64,000 nucleotides of DNA, taken from positions 12,552 to 76,551 of the forward strand of contig PIVY01000002.1 of assembly GCA_003353795.1 (NCBI GenBank). The letters run 5' to 3'. Source of the DNA: a bacterium (lineage in GTDB: Bacteria; Krumholzibacteriota; Krumholzibacteriia; LZORAL124-64-63). The notes under the pieces were generated by a model. The model did no database searches. It saw only the letters and a list, made by a program, of their open reading frames with translations, and had not been told where the DNA came from. How positions within the stretch are numbered: position 1 is the first letter of the stretch; each line of letters begins with the position of its first letter. The position numbers were made by a program, and so were the translations under genes. This document shows positions 8,327-18,241 of the stretch, piece by piece.

Positions 8327-9355
8327 TCAACCGGCTTCGAAGCCCGTGAGATCCCGCACGCCGCCGAAAAGCGCCACGCTCTCAGCCCCTGCCCGCAGCG
8401 CGCCGGCGACGGCTTGGGCGAGGTCCGCGTCGGTGGGCAGGTGGGGCAGGTAGAGGCCCGCGTGGAGCGGTCGCGCGCCCGCCAGGGCGACCACGCCTTC
8501 CCGCACCGCCGATTCGATCCAGGCGACGTCCTGCTCGTAGAACCCGTGGTAGACCATGGGCAGCACGGCGTCCAGATTCCAGCGAGGCCAGTCCTGCCTG
8601 ACGAGGCGTCGGGCCAGGGTCGGGGTGGGGAAGACCGCCGCGGTGATCTGCTTGTCGCCATCGTGGACCGCGGCCGCGAGGCGGTTCACCAGGGTCGTCA
8701 CCCGTTCCCAGCGAAACTGTCGCCAGGCCGCCGATGCGGTGGGGTCGGCCAGCGCCGCAACATCACTGCCGGTCTCGGCTGCGAAGGCGGCGCGACAGGT
8801 ATCGCAGTAGCAGAAGTCGAACTCCGGCAGCTCGCGGTCCTGGACCAGGCCGTACTTGTCCCAGAGGCCGCGGGGGAGGATGACGTCGGGGTAGCGTACG
8901 TAGTCGAGGTGGACACCAGCGAGGTCATCGTTGGCGGCCAGTTCGGTGACCTGCTGCTCGAGGTGCGCCGCCACTTCCGGCCGCGATGGGCAGAGGAATC
9001 GGTAGTAGGGCACGTACGGAGGATGATCGCGGGTGGACTTGCCCTCGCGACTCACGGCGTAGCAATCGGGGAGTACGTCCATGAGATCGCCGCGGCAGAG
9101 GGTCCACATCCAGGCATGGACTTCGAGTCCCGCTTCCCGCGCCAGGGCGTAGGCGGCCGCCGAGCCGCCGCCCACCAGCACGCGCGCGATTCCGGCGGCG
9201 CGCAGCTCGGCGAATCGGCGACGCAGGTCGGCCGGGTCGGCGTCACGGCGAGCATTGATCCAGGCCCAGTGGCGCCGGGCGGCGCCGGCACGGGCCGTGA
9301 CGGCCAGACCCAGGACGCCGCAGCTCACGAGGTACAGGAAGTCGCGTCGATCCAT
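8327..9355 (-). CDS. Tat-exported glycoside-hydrolase-like family 10 (GHL10/DUF187-type) protein
   Basis: MDRRDFLYLVSCGVLGLAVTARA is a twin-arginine signal. GVHLDYVRYP is a TIM-barrel motif shared with the paralog at 16157-17332. Confidence 0.7.
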   Translation of the reverse strand: MDRRDFLYLVSCGVLGLAVTARAGAARRHWAWINARRDADPADLRRRFAELRAAGIARVLVGGGSAAAYALAREAGLEVHAWMWTLCRGDLMDVLPDCYAVSREGKSTRDHPPYVPYYRFLCPSRPEVAAHLEQQVTELAANDDLAGVHLDYVRYPDVILPRGLWDKYGLVQDRELPEFDFCYCDTCRAAFAAETGSDVAALADPTASAAWRQFRWERVTTLVNRLAAAVHDGDKQITAAVFPTPTLARRLVRQDWPRWNLDAVLPMVYHGFYEQDVAWIESAVREGVVALAGARPLHAGLYLPHLPTDADLAQAVAGALRAGAESVALFGGVRDLTGFEAG

Positions 9356-9401
9356 GATCGGTCGATTCTAAACCTGCGCGGCCGCCGGGTCTATGAAACA
9401 C

Positions 9402-9431
9402 CGACGCCGCCCCCTGGAGGAGGCGGCGTCG
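9402..9431 (-). terminator. Candidate hairpin terminator downstream of the MCP gene
   Basis: CGACGCCGCC (9402-9411) and GGCGGCGTCG (9422-9431) form a perfect 10-bp stem. On the minus strand only a weak GTGTTTC tract follows. Confidence 0.4.
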
Positions 9432-9450
9432 TGACGATCTTCGCGGTGTC

Positions 9451-11598
9451 TCAGAAGTCGGCCAGGTCGTCGTCGTCGAGGCCCAACACGTCGCAATCGA
9501 GATTGCCTGCGGGCACCGGCACCGGAGCCGGAGCCGGGGCAGCCGCCGCCGCCGGGGCCGGTCGTGAGGCCACGGGCGCCGGCCGGGGTGCGACGACCGC
9601 GCGGGCTGCGCCGGTGATCGCGGGGGCCGCTGCCGACGCACCGCCGTCGACCAGGCGTCGCAGGTCGTTCACCGAGTTGTGCACCATGAGGGCCTGGTGT
9701 TCGAGGGTCTTGCTGGCGGCGGCCGATTCCTCGCTGCTGGCAGCATTGCCCTGGGTCACCTGGTCGAGGCGGGAAACGGCGCCGTTGATCTCGCCGATGC
9801 CGTCGGCCTGCTCCTTGCTGGCCGACGCCACGTCGCCCACCAGTTGCTTGGCCCGATCCACACTTCCGGTAATCTCGCCCAGGATCTCGCTCACCTGTTC
9901 GGTGGCCTTGACGCCGCTGTCGGCCGACTGCTGGCTGGCCTCGATGAGCGTGGCCGTGCTGCGCGCCGCCTCGGCCGACCGCTGCGCCAGGTTGCGCACC
10001 TCCTCGGCCACCACGGCGAAACCCTTGCCCGCCTCGCCGGCCCGGGCCGCTTCCACGGCGGCGTTGAGGGCCAGCAAGTTGGTCTGAAAGGCGATCTCGT
10101 CGATGGTCTTGAGGATGCGCGCGGTCTCGTCGCTGCTGGCCTTGATGTCGCCGATCACGGACGACATCTGCTTCATGGCGTCCACGCCCTTGCGCGCTGC
10201 GTCGGCGGCCACGCCGGTTTCGCGGTCGGTTTCCGTGGCGTTGGCGGCGGTCTGCTGAGTGCCTGCGGACATCTCCTGCAACGAGGCGGCGATCTCCTCG
10301 AGGCTGGCGGCCTGTTCCGAGGCTCCGTCGGCCATCAACTGGCTGGTGGAGGCGATCTCGCCGGACGAGTGTCCCAGCTGGTCGGACGCGCTGCCGAGCT
10401 GGTCGGCCATGCCGTTGAGCTGCCGGCTCACGCTGCCGGCCAGGAGGAACCAGAGCACGCCCACCAGCAGCAGGGTGATGCCGCCGGTGATCAGGATGGT
10501 GATCATGTTGGCCCGGCCGAGGTCGGCCACGGCCTGCTCGGCAGCCATGAATTCCGACTCGTAGGATCCGGCGCCGATGACCCAATCCCAGGGTGCGAAG
10601 TAGGTGAGGCGCGCCACCTTCATGCGCGGCTCGGCGTCGCCCTTGTTCTGCCAGGGGTACCACTGCTCATCGATGTCGCCGGCCGGCAGGGCCTTGGCCT
10701 TGGCGATGATCTCCTGGATGAAGAGCACGCCGTTGCTGTCCTTGGCCTGCAGGATATTGTCGCCGTCGCGCTTGCCGCCGGCGGAGATGACGTAGTTGCC
10801 CTTGCTGTCCAGCACGTAGACATAACCGGTCTGGCCCACCTTGGTGTCCATGATCGACTGGCGTAGCGCCGTGGCCGATTCCATGGGTACGCCGAAGTAG
10901 CTGATGCCGACCACGTCGCCGCTCGATCCCTTGATGGGCTCGTAGGCGGTGATGTACCAGCGGTCCACTACGTAGGCCTTGCCGCGGAACGTCTGGCCGG
11001 ACATGACGGTCTGGATCACGGGGTTGGGCTGACCGTCGGGATTGATGGCCGGAATGAAGGTGCCGATGGCGCGATTGCCGTCGGTCTTCATCACGTTGGT
11101 GCACACGCGCAGCATGTCGCCGCGGTCGTTCATGCGCTGGAAGATGGTGGCCGTGCCGCCGACCATGTCGCGGGCCTCGTCCACCACGGGGCTCGCCGAC
11201 GCAGGGCTGCGGTTCTGACCCAGCCACTCGCCGCCCACCAGCATGCGCGGCAGGGCGAGCTCGGTGCTCGCCTTGGTGTACTGATTCACGGCTGTCCACT
11301 TGGCGGTGGCGTCGTCGAAGGTGACCTCGCCGTGATTGTTCATGGTCGCGCGCATGGTCGACAGCCCGTGGTTCACGTGCTCCTGGAGTACGGCCTGTTG
11401 CGCCGCGCACATGTTGTAGATGCCCTCGACGATGTGGTCGAGGTCGGTGAAGGCCAGCACGCGGCACTCTTCGGCCGCGGCAGCCCGCATCTGGTTCTGC
11501 TTGACCATCACCACGCCGGTGATGACGACCAGCGGGACCAGGATGACGACCATGCCGGTGGTCAGCAGGCGTGTGCGGAGAGACATGTTGGCGAACAT
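9451..11598 (-). CDS. Methyl-accepting chemotaxis protein with a periplasmic Cache (Cache_3-Cache_2-like) sensor
   Basis: Start at ATG 11598 ([12 protein letters not shown].., AAAGGA upstream). Order is TM1, Cache region ([21 protein letters not shown]...[14 protein letters not shown]), TM2, HAMP, then the signalling domain with the hairpin tip motif [38 protein letters not shown]. Confidence 0.9.
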   Translation of the reverse strand: MFANMSLRTRLLTTGMVVILVPLVVITGVVMVKQNQMRAAAAEECRVLAFTDLDHIVEGIYNMCAAQQAVLQEHVNHGLSTMRATMNNHGEVTFDDATAKWTAVNQYTKASTELALPRMLVGGEWLGQNRSPASASPVVDEARDMVGGTATIFQRMNDRGDMLRVCTNVMKTDGNRAIGTFIPAINPDGQPNPVIQTVMSGQTFRGKAYVVDRWYITAYEPIKGSSGDVVGISYFGVPMESATALRQSIMDTKVGQTGYVYVLDSKGNYVISAGGKRDGDNILQAKDSNGVLFIQEIIAKAKALPAGDIDEQWYPWQNKGDAEPRMKVARLTYFAPWDWVIGAGSYESEFMAAEQAVADLGRANMITILITGGITLLLVGVLWFLLAGSVSRQLNGMADQLGSASDQLGHSSGEIASTSQLMADGASEQAASLEEIAASLQEMSAGTQQTAANATETDRETGVAADAARKGVDAMKQMSSVIGDIKASSDETARILKTIDEIAFQTNLLALNAAVEAARAGEAGKGFAVVAEEVRNLAQRSAEAARSTATLIEASQQSADSGVKATEQVSEILGEITGSVDRAKQLVGDVASASKEQADGIGEINGAVSRLDQVTQGNAASSEESAAASKTLEHQALMVHNSVNDLRRLVDGGASAAAPAITGAARAVVAPRPAPVASRPAPAAAAAPAPAPVPVPAGNLDCDVLGLDDDDLADF

Positions 11599-11845
11599 TG
11601 GCGAGCGTCCTTTCACCGAAACGGATCCTGCGGCATGCCCATCCCCCGACATCTCCCGAACGCCGCTGTCTTTCGATTCAGATCGGCGGATTCAATTCGG
11701 GCTTGAGGGCGGTTGCGAGGATTTTTGAACAAACTCCGTCCGCTGTTCACGAAGAGGGTCAAGGTCGATCTTCTTTGGCCGATATACGGAATGACAGATG
11801 CGACGGGAAGGATCCCGTCAGGGTCATCCGGAGAAGGAGCCAGTC

Positions 11846-12352
11846 ATGGATTCCATTCTTTCCACTTCTCGCAACGTGGCCGCGCCGGAGCCAAGGCCGA
11901 TGGTGCCCAGCCCGAGTACGGCGGCGCGGGAGCCCGATCAAGACAAGCCGGCCCGGCGTCTCGATCATTCGCGCAACCACGGCAAGCACCACGAGCGTGG
12001 TCGCTCGCACGTGCAGCAGGGCATGCGCCACATCATTCGCGACATCCGTCACGCCATTCGTGACGAGGTGAAGGCCGGGGTCAAGTCCGGCGAGATCGAC
12101 CTCGAGACCATGGGCTCGATCCGCGACCTCCAGCGCAGTTTCCGTCGCGATCTCCAGGGCATGTTCCTGGATGCCGGCCAGAAGGGCGGCGTCGATCGCA
12201 ATCAGGTGCTCGAGGGCATGATCGAAGCGCTGCAGAGTCTGGCGGCTGGACTGCGGGAGATCACCGGCAACGAGCCGGAGCCGGCCAAGCTGGACCCCGA
12301 GATCCCGGTCGTGAGCAGCGAGCCCGGATCGTTGCTGGACCTCACGGTCTAG
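11846..12352 (+). CDS. Hypothetical protein (168 aa), basic/His-rich N-half
   Basis: ATG 11846 follows GAAGGAG. Contains HSRNHGKHHERGRSH and RHIIRDIRHAIRDEV. No recognised domain. Confidence 0.5.
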   Translation: MDSILSTSRNVAAPEPRPMVPSPSTAAREPDQDKPARRLDHSRNHGKHHERGRSHVQQGMRHIIRDIRHAIRDEVKAGVKSGEIDLETMGSIRDLQRSFRRDLQGMFLDAGQKGGVDRNQVLEGMIEALQSLAAGLREITGNEPEPAKLDPEIPVVSSEPGSLLDLTV

Positions 12353-13457
12353 GCGCGGTCGGTGCAGCCAGCGCGGCGGCCATCTCGGCCACCAGCGCAT
12401 CCGCGAGATGACGCCCGTTCACGGCGTCGTGATTGAGGATTGCGCCAGACACCGTCACGTCCAGCGACGGGACGTGGAAGGCGAACGTGTTCCAGAACCC
12501 CTGGTGACCCCAGGCCAGGGATCCGCCTAGCTCCATGCACATCAATCCCAGTCGATAGGGCGGCGTGCCCGAACCGGTCATGGCGGCCAGGGTCGCCTCG
12601 TCGTGCAGCACCGTGCCCGCCAGGAGCGCGCGCATGAAGGCGGCCAGGTCGCGCGCGTCGCAGACCAGACCGCCGCCGCCGTAGAGGTCGAACGAGGGAT
12701 GGAAGTCGGTGCAGTCGACCTCGCCATAGTACTGGTGCGCGCGGGGGCCGGCCGTGGTGGGTTGCGGCTCCAGGGTCTCCCACCAGGTGGCGTCGAGGCC
12801 GAGACGCCGGTAGTCGATCAGGTCGCGAGTCGCCTCGCCGAGGTTGCGACCGGTGGTGCGCTCGATGATGGCCCCGAGCAGCACGTAGCCCGTGTCGGAA
12901 TACTTGTAGCGCTCGCCGGGCGCTCCCACCGGATCGAAGAGTTTCACGCACATGGTGAGCACCTCGTGCCGCGTCCAGTGGTGCTGAGGCTCGGCGAAGA
13001 TGCGCTCGCCGTAGGTGTCGCCGTCGCTGTGATCGGCGAGACCGGCGGTGTGGCTGAGTACGTGGCGCAGGGTGATGGCGTCGAGGTCGTAGCCGTCGCC
13101 GGCCAGGAGGGCACGCTCTTCGACCATGAGGTGTCGGCCGAGGGGGTCGTCCAGTCCGAGACGACCCTGCTCCACCAGGCGCAGCATCGCGGCGGCGGTG
13201 TAGGTCTTGGTGTTGCTGGCGATGCGCACGGTGTGGTTGGCCGCCAGGGGCGTCGGATCGTCGTGAGAGACGGTGCCGGCGGTTCCCGTCCAGTCGAGAT
13301 CGAGGCCAGGACAGGTCACGTGGACCACGATCCCGGGGGCGATCGGATTCTCGGCGAGGGTGCGGTCGACGACGGTCTGCAGGTCGCCGACGATACCCGC
13401 AGAGGCGGCCGTGGCGGAGATCAGCAGCAGGAAGAGGCTCGTGGCGCGGAGGTTCAT
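12342..13457 (-). CDS. Secreted serine hydrolase of the beta-lactamase / DD-peptidase (class C-like) family
   Basis: Trimmed to ATG 13457 (MNLRATSLFLLLISATAASA, a signal peptide). The SxxK motif is in VRIASNTKTYTAAAML, and YSDTGYVLLG is a Y-x-N-like region. The start overlaps the sfsA stop (ATGA). Confidence 0.85.
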   Translation of the reverse strand: MNLRATSLFLLLISATAASAGIVGDLQTVVDRTLAENPIAPGIVVHVTCPGLDLDWTGTAGTVSHDDPTPLAANHTVRIASNTKTYTAAAMLRLVEQGRLGLDDPLGRHLMVEERALLAGDGYDLDAITLRHVLSHTAGLADHSDGDTYGERIFAEPQHHWTRHEVLTMCVKLFDPVGAPGERYKYSDTGYVLLGAIIERTTGRNLGEATRDLIDYRRLGLDATWWETLEPQPTTAGPRAHQYYGEVDCTDFHPSFDLYGGGGLVCDARDLAAFMRALLAGTVLHDEATLAAMTGSGTPPYRLGLMCMELGGSLAWGHQGFWNTFAFHVPSLDVTVSGAILNHDAVNGRHLADALVAEMAAALAAPTAPRP

Positions 13458-14272
13458 GCTCGAACTCCCGGAAGGTTGGTGGGATCGGTGATCACGGCAA
13501 TGGAGCCGGCAGGTTCGACACCGGCCGGGGAGACGCGGGCCAGCAAGCCGCAGCAGGCCACGCCGGACAGCGCGGCCTGGTGCAGGGCGACGGCGTAGTC
13601 GGGGTCGATGTCGGCGGCGGCCGCCACGCAATGGGCGTCGCCGCGCTGGACGCAGAGCACGAGTGCCGCGCGCTGGCCGCGATCCACGCACCGTGCCAGG
13701 TCGGCCAGATGCTTGCGGCCGCGCTCGGTGGGCGCGTCGGGAAAGCCTGCCACGCCGCCACGGGTCCAGGTCACGTTCTTGATCTCGACCCAGACCGGCG
13801 CACCGGCCGGGTCGCGCAGGAGCAGGTCCGCGCGGCTCCGGGGGGCGATGTCGGCGGGGTAGCGGGCTTCCTGGCGATCCAGGGTACAGTCTGCCAACTC
13901 GGCGATGAGGCCGGCCTCCAGGGCGGCGATCACGATGCCGTGCGGCGCCGCGGTATTCACGCCCACGAGCACCTGATCCGGCGCCGGTGCCGGTGCGTCC
14001 AGGGGAATCGGCGCTTCAGGCGCTGAGGACGAGGCAGCCATGCCGTTGGGCCAGGCGGGAGCTTCCATGACTTCCAGGGTCCAGGGCAGCTTGCGGCGAG
14101 GATTCGACGCCGGGCTCAGCCAGCATCGGGCGCCGGGTTCGCCGCAGCCGGTGAGGCGGCCGGTGTTGTTGGTGTGCACGGTCACCCGCTCGCCGCCGGC
14201 CAGTTCGGCATGCACGGTGAAGCGTTTCTCGCGCCCGAGGTATCGCGCCACGGTCCAGGGTGCGTCGGCCAA
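13454..14272 (-). CDS. sfsA: Sugar fermentation stimulation protein A homolog (SfsA nuclease-fold family)
   Basis: TTG start at 14272, 5 nt after GGGAGG; the track ATG at 14425 adds 51 junk codons. Diagnostic stretches are ARYLGREKRFTVHAEL..VTVHTNNTGRL, WVEIKNVT and GFPDAPTERGRKHL. Confidence 0.85.
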   Translation of the reverse strand: MADAPWTVARYLGREKRFTVHAELAGGERVTVHTNNTGRLTGCGEPGARCWLSPASNPRRKLPWTLEVMEAPAWPNGMAASSSAPEAPIPLDAPAPAPDQVLVGVNTAAPHGIVIAALEAGLIAELADCTLDRQEARYPADIAPRSRADLLLRDPAGAPVWVEIKNVTWTRGGVAGFPDAPTERGRKHLADLARCVDRGQRAALVLCVQRGDAHCVAAAADIDPDYAVALHQAALSGVACCGLLARVSPAGVEPAGSIAVITDPTNLPGVRA

Positions 14273-14419
14273 GCTGGCCTCCCGTTGGCGGCTGTTGTGC
14301 CGCGCCAGATCCTGGGTTAAGTTCCAACGGTGCCGGCCTTGCCGGGCCGGTCCCGCGCGAACCCCACAACCCGCGGGTCGCGACGCTTCGTGCGACGCGA
14401 GTTCCGCTTCCGGGATAGC

Positions 14420-15274
14420 ATGCAACTCGGTAACTGGACCTTCAAGATCTTCAGCGACGGCTTCTTCCGGCTGGACGGCGGCGCATCCTTCGGGATCGTG
14501 CCCAAGCCCATGTGGGAAAAGCAGATACCGGCGGATGGCCGCAATAGAATTCGGGTGGCCCTTCGCTGCCTATTGGCCGAGGGCCACGGCCGCCGCGTCC
14601 TCATCGACACGGGAATCGGCGATCGCTGGGACGCCAAGCAGCGCGAGATCTACGGCATGGACCGCCGCGCCGGTCAGCTCCTCACCGAGTTGGGCGACGC
14701 CGGTATCTCGCGCGAATCCATCACCGACGTGGTCCTCACCCACCTGCACTTCGATCATGCCGGCGGCGCTTGCCTGGATATGGCCAGCGGCATGGCCCCG
14801 GCCTTTCCCCGCGCCCGCTGGTGGTTGCAGCGCGCCCACTGGGAATGGGCCCGCAACCCCAGCGAACGCGACCAGGGCAGCTTCCGTCCCGACGACTTCG
14901 AGGCCCTGGCCGACACCGATCGCCTCGAACTGGTGGAAGGAAACGTGGAGATCCTGCCCGGACTGCGCGTCAGCCCCGTGGGCGGACACACACCGGGCAT
15001 GCAGATCCCCGAGTTTCACACCGAGGACGGCACGCTCGTGTTCCTGGCCGACCTCATCCCTTCGGTGGCGCACATCCACCTGCCGTGGGTGGCGGGATTC
15101 GATCTCAACCCGCTGCTGACCCTCAGCGAGAAACGCCAGCTCCTGAGCCGCGCCGTGGAGGACGACTATCTGCTTGTCTTCCAGCACGATCCCGACCACG
15201 AGGCCTGTCGGGTCACGTTCCAGGACGGCCGTTTCCAGGCCCGCGAGACCCTGACGCTGAATCAGTCGGAATAG
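14420..15274 (+). CDS. MBL-fold metallo-hydrolase
   Basis: Trimmed to ATG 14420 (MQLGNWTF..). The zinc motif is VVLTHLHFDHAGGA (HxHxDH). Confidence 0.85.
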   Translation: MQLGNWTFKIFSDGFFRLDGGASFGIVPKPMWEKQIPADGRNRIRVALRCLLAEGHGRRVLIDTGIGDRWDAKQREIYGMDRRAGQLLTELGDAGISRESITDVVLTHLHFDHAGGACLDMASGMAPAFPRARWWLQRAHWEWARNPSERDQGSFRPDDFEALADTDRLELVEGNVEILPGLRVSPVGGHTPGMQIPEFHTEDGTLVFLADLIPSVAHIHLPWVAGFDLNPLLTLSEKRQLLSRAVEDDYLLVFQHDPDHEACRVTFQDGRFQARETLTLNQSE

Positions 15275-15287
15275 AAAGGAGCGCTCC

Positions 15288-16160
15288 TTGAGCCCACGCA
15301 TCACCGAGCGCAAACCCGATTGGTTGCGCATGCCGCGCCAGGGTGGCGAAGCATACAACCGCATGCAGCGGCTGCTGCGCACGGCGTCCCTGAGCACGGT
15401 GTGCGAGTCGGCCAATTGCCCCAACCGAGGCGAGTGTTTCGCCAGCGGTACGGCCACCTTCCTGCTCATGGGCCACACCTGCACCCGCCACTGCACGTTC
15501 TGCAACATCCCCGGCGGTCGTGTCACCGCGCTCGATCCCGACGAGCCGCGCCGCGTCGCCGACACGGTACAGCACCTGGGCCTGGAGTTCGCCGTGGTGA
15601 CCAGCGTGACCCGGGACGACCTGCCCGACGGTGGCGCCGCCCACATCGCGGCGGTCATCGGTGAGATCCGCCGGCTCAATCCCGGCTGTGGCGTGGAGGT
15701 GCTCATTCCGGATCTGCGCGGAGAGCATCGCAGCCTGGAGACCGTGTTCGAGGCCGCGCCCGACGTGCTCAACCACAACCTCGAGATCGTGCCACGCCTC
15801 TACCCGGCCATGCGGCCCCAGGCCAGCTACGACACCTCGTTGCAGGTGCTGCGCCGGGCGCGCCGGTCGGGGACCATGACGGTGAAGACCGGGATCATGG
15901 TGGGCGTGGGCGAACGCCGCGACGAGGTCACGAGGGTCATGAGCGACGCGGTCGATCACGGTGTGGAGGTGTTCACCATCGGCCAGTACTTGCAGCCGAG
16001 CCGCGCGCACCATCCCGTGGAGCGGTACGTCGAGCCCGCCGAATTCGACGAGCTGGCGGCCCTCGGTCGCGAGCTCGGCCTGATCTGGGTGGAGGCCGGC
16101 CCCATGGTCCGGTCCAGCTACCACGCACGTCAGCAGAGCGAAGCGGTGGGTCGATCGTGA
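15288..16160 (+). CDS. lipA: Lipoyl synthase
   Basis: TTG start 7 nt after AAAGGAG. Both cluster motifs are present: CESANCPNRGEC and the radical-SAM CTRHCTFC. Confidence 0.95.
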   Translation: MSPRITERKPDWLRMPRQGGEAYNRMQRLLRTASLSTVCESANCPNRGECFASGTATFLLMGHTCTRHCTFCNIPGGRVTALDPDEPRRVADTVQHLGLEFAVVTSVTRDDLPDGGAAHIAAVIGEIRRLNPGCGVEVLIPDLRGEHRSLETVFEAAPDVLNHNLEIVPRLYPAMRPQASYDTSLQVLRRARRSGTMTVKTGIMVGVGERRDEVTRVMSDAVDHGVEVFTIGQYLQPSRAHHPVERYVEPAEFDELAALGRELGLIWVEAGPMVRSSYHARQQSEAVGRS

Positions 16161-17332
16161 CGCGTCCGGCCCGGATCGCGGTGCTGATCATGGTGGCGTT
16201 GCTCGCCGGTTGTGCGGGCTCGCCACCGCCGCCCGTCGAACAACCGGGATTCGAACCCGAACCCGAGCCGGAGGTGGCCGCCTTCCGTGGACTCTGGATC
16301 ACCCGCTGGGATTACCGCACCGCCCAGGACGTGGAGCGCGCCATCGACGAGTCCGCGGACCTCGGCGTGACCGACGTTTTCTTCCAGGTGCGCGGACAGG
16401 CCGACGCGTTCTACCGCAGCGATCTCGAGCCCTGGGGCCATCAGCTCGGCGACGACCCCGGCTACGATCCTCTGGCCCTGGCGGTGGTGCGCGCCCATCA
16501 CCGGGGATTGCGGCTGCACGCCTGGGTCAACGTCTATCCGCTCTGGAAGGGCCTCGACGAACCCACCAATCCAGAGCATCCGTATCTGGTCCATCCCGAG
16601 TGGCGTCTCCACGACGAGACCGGCGCCGAGCAGCCCCGGAGCGAGTACTACGTGGTGGCCGATCCCACCAATCCGGAGGCCCAGGAGCACATCGCTGCAG
16701 TGATGCGCGACATCTGCAGCCGCTACGAGATCGACGGCTTGCACCTGGACTACGTGCGCTTCGTGGGCGAGACCCTGGATCAGGGGCATCTCTGGCCCGG
16801 CGACGCCGCCAGCATCGCGCGCTGGCGCGCTGCCGGCGGCACCAGCGACCCGAACACGCCGGACGGACGAATTCTGCATCGGGCGTGGGTTCGCGCCGAG
16901 ATCTCCGCGCTGGTCATGCGTATCGGCCACGAGTGCCGTGCTCTGCGACCCTCGCTCGCCTACACTGCCGCGGTCCTGCGAAATCCCGACATCGCTCGCG
17001 ACACATACTTGCAGGACGCCGCCGCGTGGGTCCGGGACGGTCATCTCGACCAAGTGTTGCCCATGATCTACACCACCGACGAGGCCGCTTTCCGCGTCGA
17101 TCTCGATGCCTGGCGCGCCGCCGCGCCGCCCGATCGCGTCGTGGCCGGCATCGGCGTCTACAAGCACGCGGCCACTGATCTGGGTCCACAGATCGCGGCC
17201 AGCGCCGGGACCGCCGGGTGGTCGTTGTTCGCTTACAGCTCGCTGCTCGAGAGCGCCAATCCCGAGCAGGATCGCAGCGACGAGGCCCGCGAACTGAGGC
17301 GCCAGCTCCGGGCGGTTCTCGGCGCCCCTTGA
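16157..17332 (+). CDS. Lipoprotein, glycoside-hydrolase-like family 10 (GHL10/DUF187-type)
   Basis: The GTG start overlaps the lipA stop (GTGA 16157-16160). Lipobox is VALLAGC. FRGLWITRWDY.., VNVYPLW and GLHLDYVRF mark it as a paralog of 8327-9355. Confidence 0.75.
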   Translation: MTRPARIAVLIMVALLAGCAGSPPPPVEQPGFEPEPEPEVAAFRGLWITRWDYRTAQDVERAIDESADLGVTDVFFQVRGQADAFYRSDLEPWGHQLGDDPGYDPLALAVVRAHHRGLRLHAWVNVYPLWKGLDEPTNPEHPYLVHPEWRLHDETGAEQPRSEYYVVADPTNPEAQEHIAAVMRDICSRYEIDGLHLDYVRFVGETLDQGHLWPGDAASIARWRAAGGTSDPNTPDGRILHRAWVRAEISALVMRIGHECRALRPSLAYTAAVLRNPDIARDTYLQDAAAWVRDGHLDQVLPMIYTTDEAAFRVDLDAWRAAAPPDRVVAGIGVYKHAATDLGPQIAASAGTAGWSLFAYSSLLESANPEQDRSDEARELRRQLRAVLGAP

Positions 17333-17359
17333 CGTTGCCTCGCCTCCTGGAGGAATCGA

Positions 17360-18166
17360 TTGTCGGCCTGGTCGTATGCTCGCAAGACCATCTTCAATGG
17401 ACGCTCGCGGGCGTGCTTCTGGAAGCATCCGGTGCGGGCGGCGAGCATGGTCCTGGGCGCCGGGGGGAACCGACTCCTGGATTTCGAGGAGCGATTCCGA
17501 TCGCGACACGACCAGACCTGCCCCGTGTGTCGCTGGGAGGGGCGCCGCTTCCGGACCTTCGTGTCACCTGACGTGGTGATTCCGGCGAGCATCTGTCCGG
17601 TGTGTGGATCATTCGACCGACATCGCCACCTGGTCCTGGGCATGCGCGAGGTGCTGTCGGACCAGGATCGGGTTCCGCGCACCTTACTGGGCCTCTCTTT
17701 GGCACCGGCCATGAGCTATCTGCTGGCCCACGAGGGTCTGGGTCGGTGTTTCAAGAGCGACTACGACGGCCGCGATCCTCGCCACGAGCACGAGGTCATC
17801 GCAGACCTGGCGCGGGCAGGCTTCGGCGATGCGGTATTCGACTGGGTGGTCTGCAGCCATGTCCTGGAGCATGTACCGGATCTCGAGCCGGCGGTGGATG
17901 AACTGGTGCGCGTCCTGCGCCCCGGGGGGCTTGCCTGGATCCAGGTGGCCTACCAGCAGGGCCTGGTGCAGAGCTGCCGCATTCCTCTGGATCCCCACGA
18001 CTTCGACGCACACGTCTGGCGGTTCGGCACCGACTTCACCGCGCGCCTGGCGCGGCCGGGCTGGGAGGTGATCTGCGAACAGGCGGCCTCCCTGACGCCG
18101 ACCGCGCGGCAGCGCCACGGAATCCACCCGGTCGAGCGTTACTGGCTGGCGCGCAAGCTCCCTTGA
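17360..18166 (+). CDS. Class I SAM-dependent methyltransferase with an N-terminal Cys4 zinc-ribbon
   Basis: TTG start 5 nt after GGAGGA. CPVCRW...CPVCGS is the zinc ribbon. VFDWVVCSHVLEHVPDLEPAVDELVRVLRPGGLAWIQV is Methyltransf_11-like. Confidence 0.75.
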   Translation: MSAWSYARKTIFNGRSRACFWKHPVRAASMVLGAGGNRLLDFEERFRSRHDQTCPVCRWEGRRFRTFVSPDVVIPASICPVCGSFDRHRHLVLGMREVLSDQDRVPRTLLGLSLAPAMSYLLAHEGLGRCFKSDYDGRDPRHEHEVIADLARAGFGDAVFDWVVCSHVLEHVPDLEPAVDELVRVLRPGGLAWIQVAYQQGLVQSCRIPLDPHDFDAHVWRFGTDFTARLARPGWEVICEQAASLTPTARQRHGIHPVERYWLARKLP

Positions 18167-18241
18167 CCCGCGGTCCTTGTCCCCATGGCCGAAAAGCGGG
18201 ATAATCATGGGTGCCACCTCCGCTCTGTCCGGGAGAGACCC

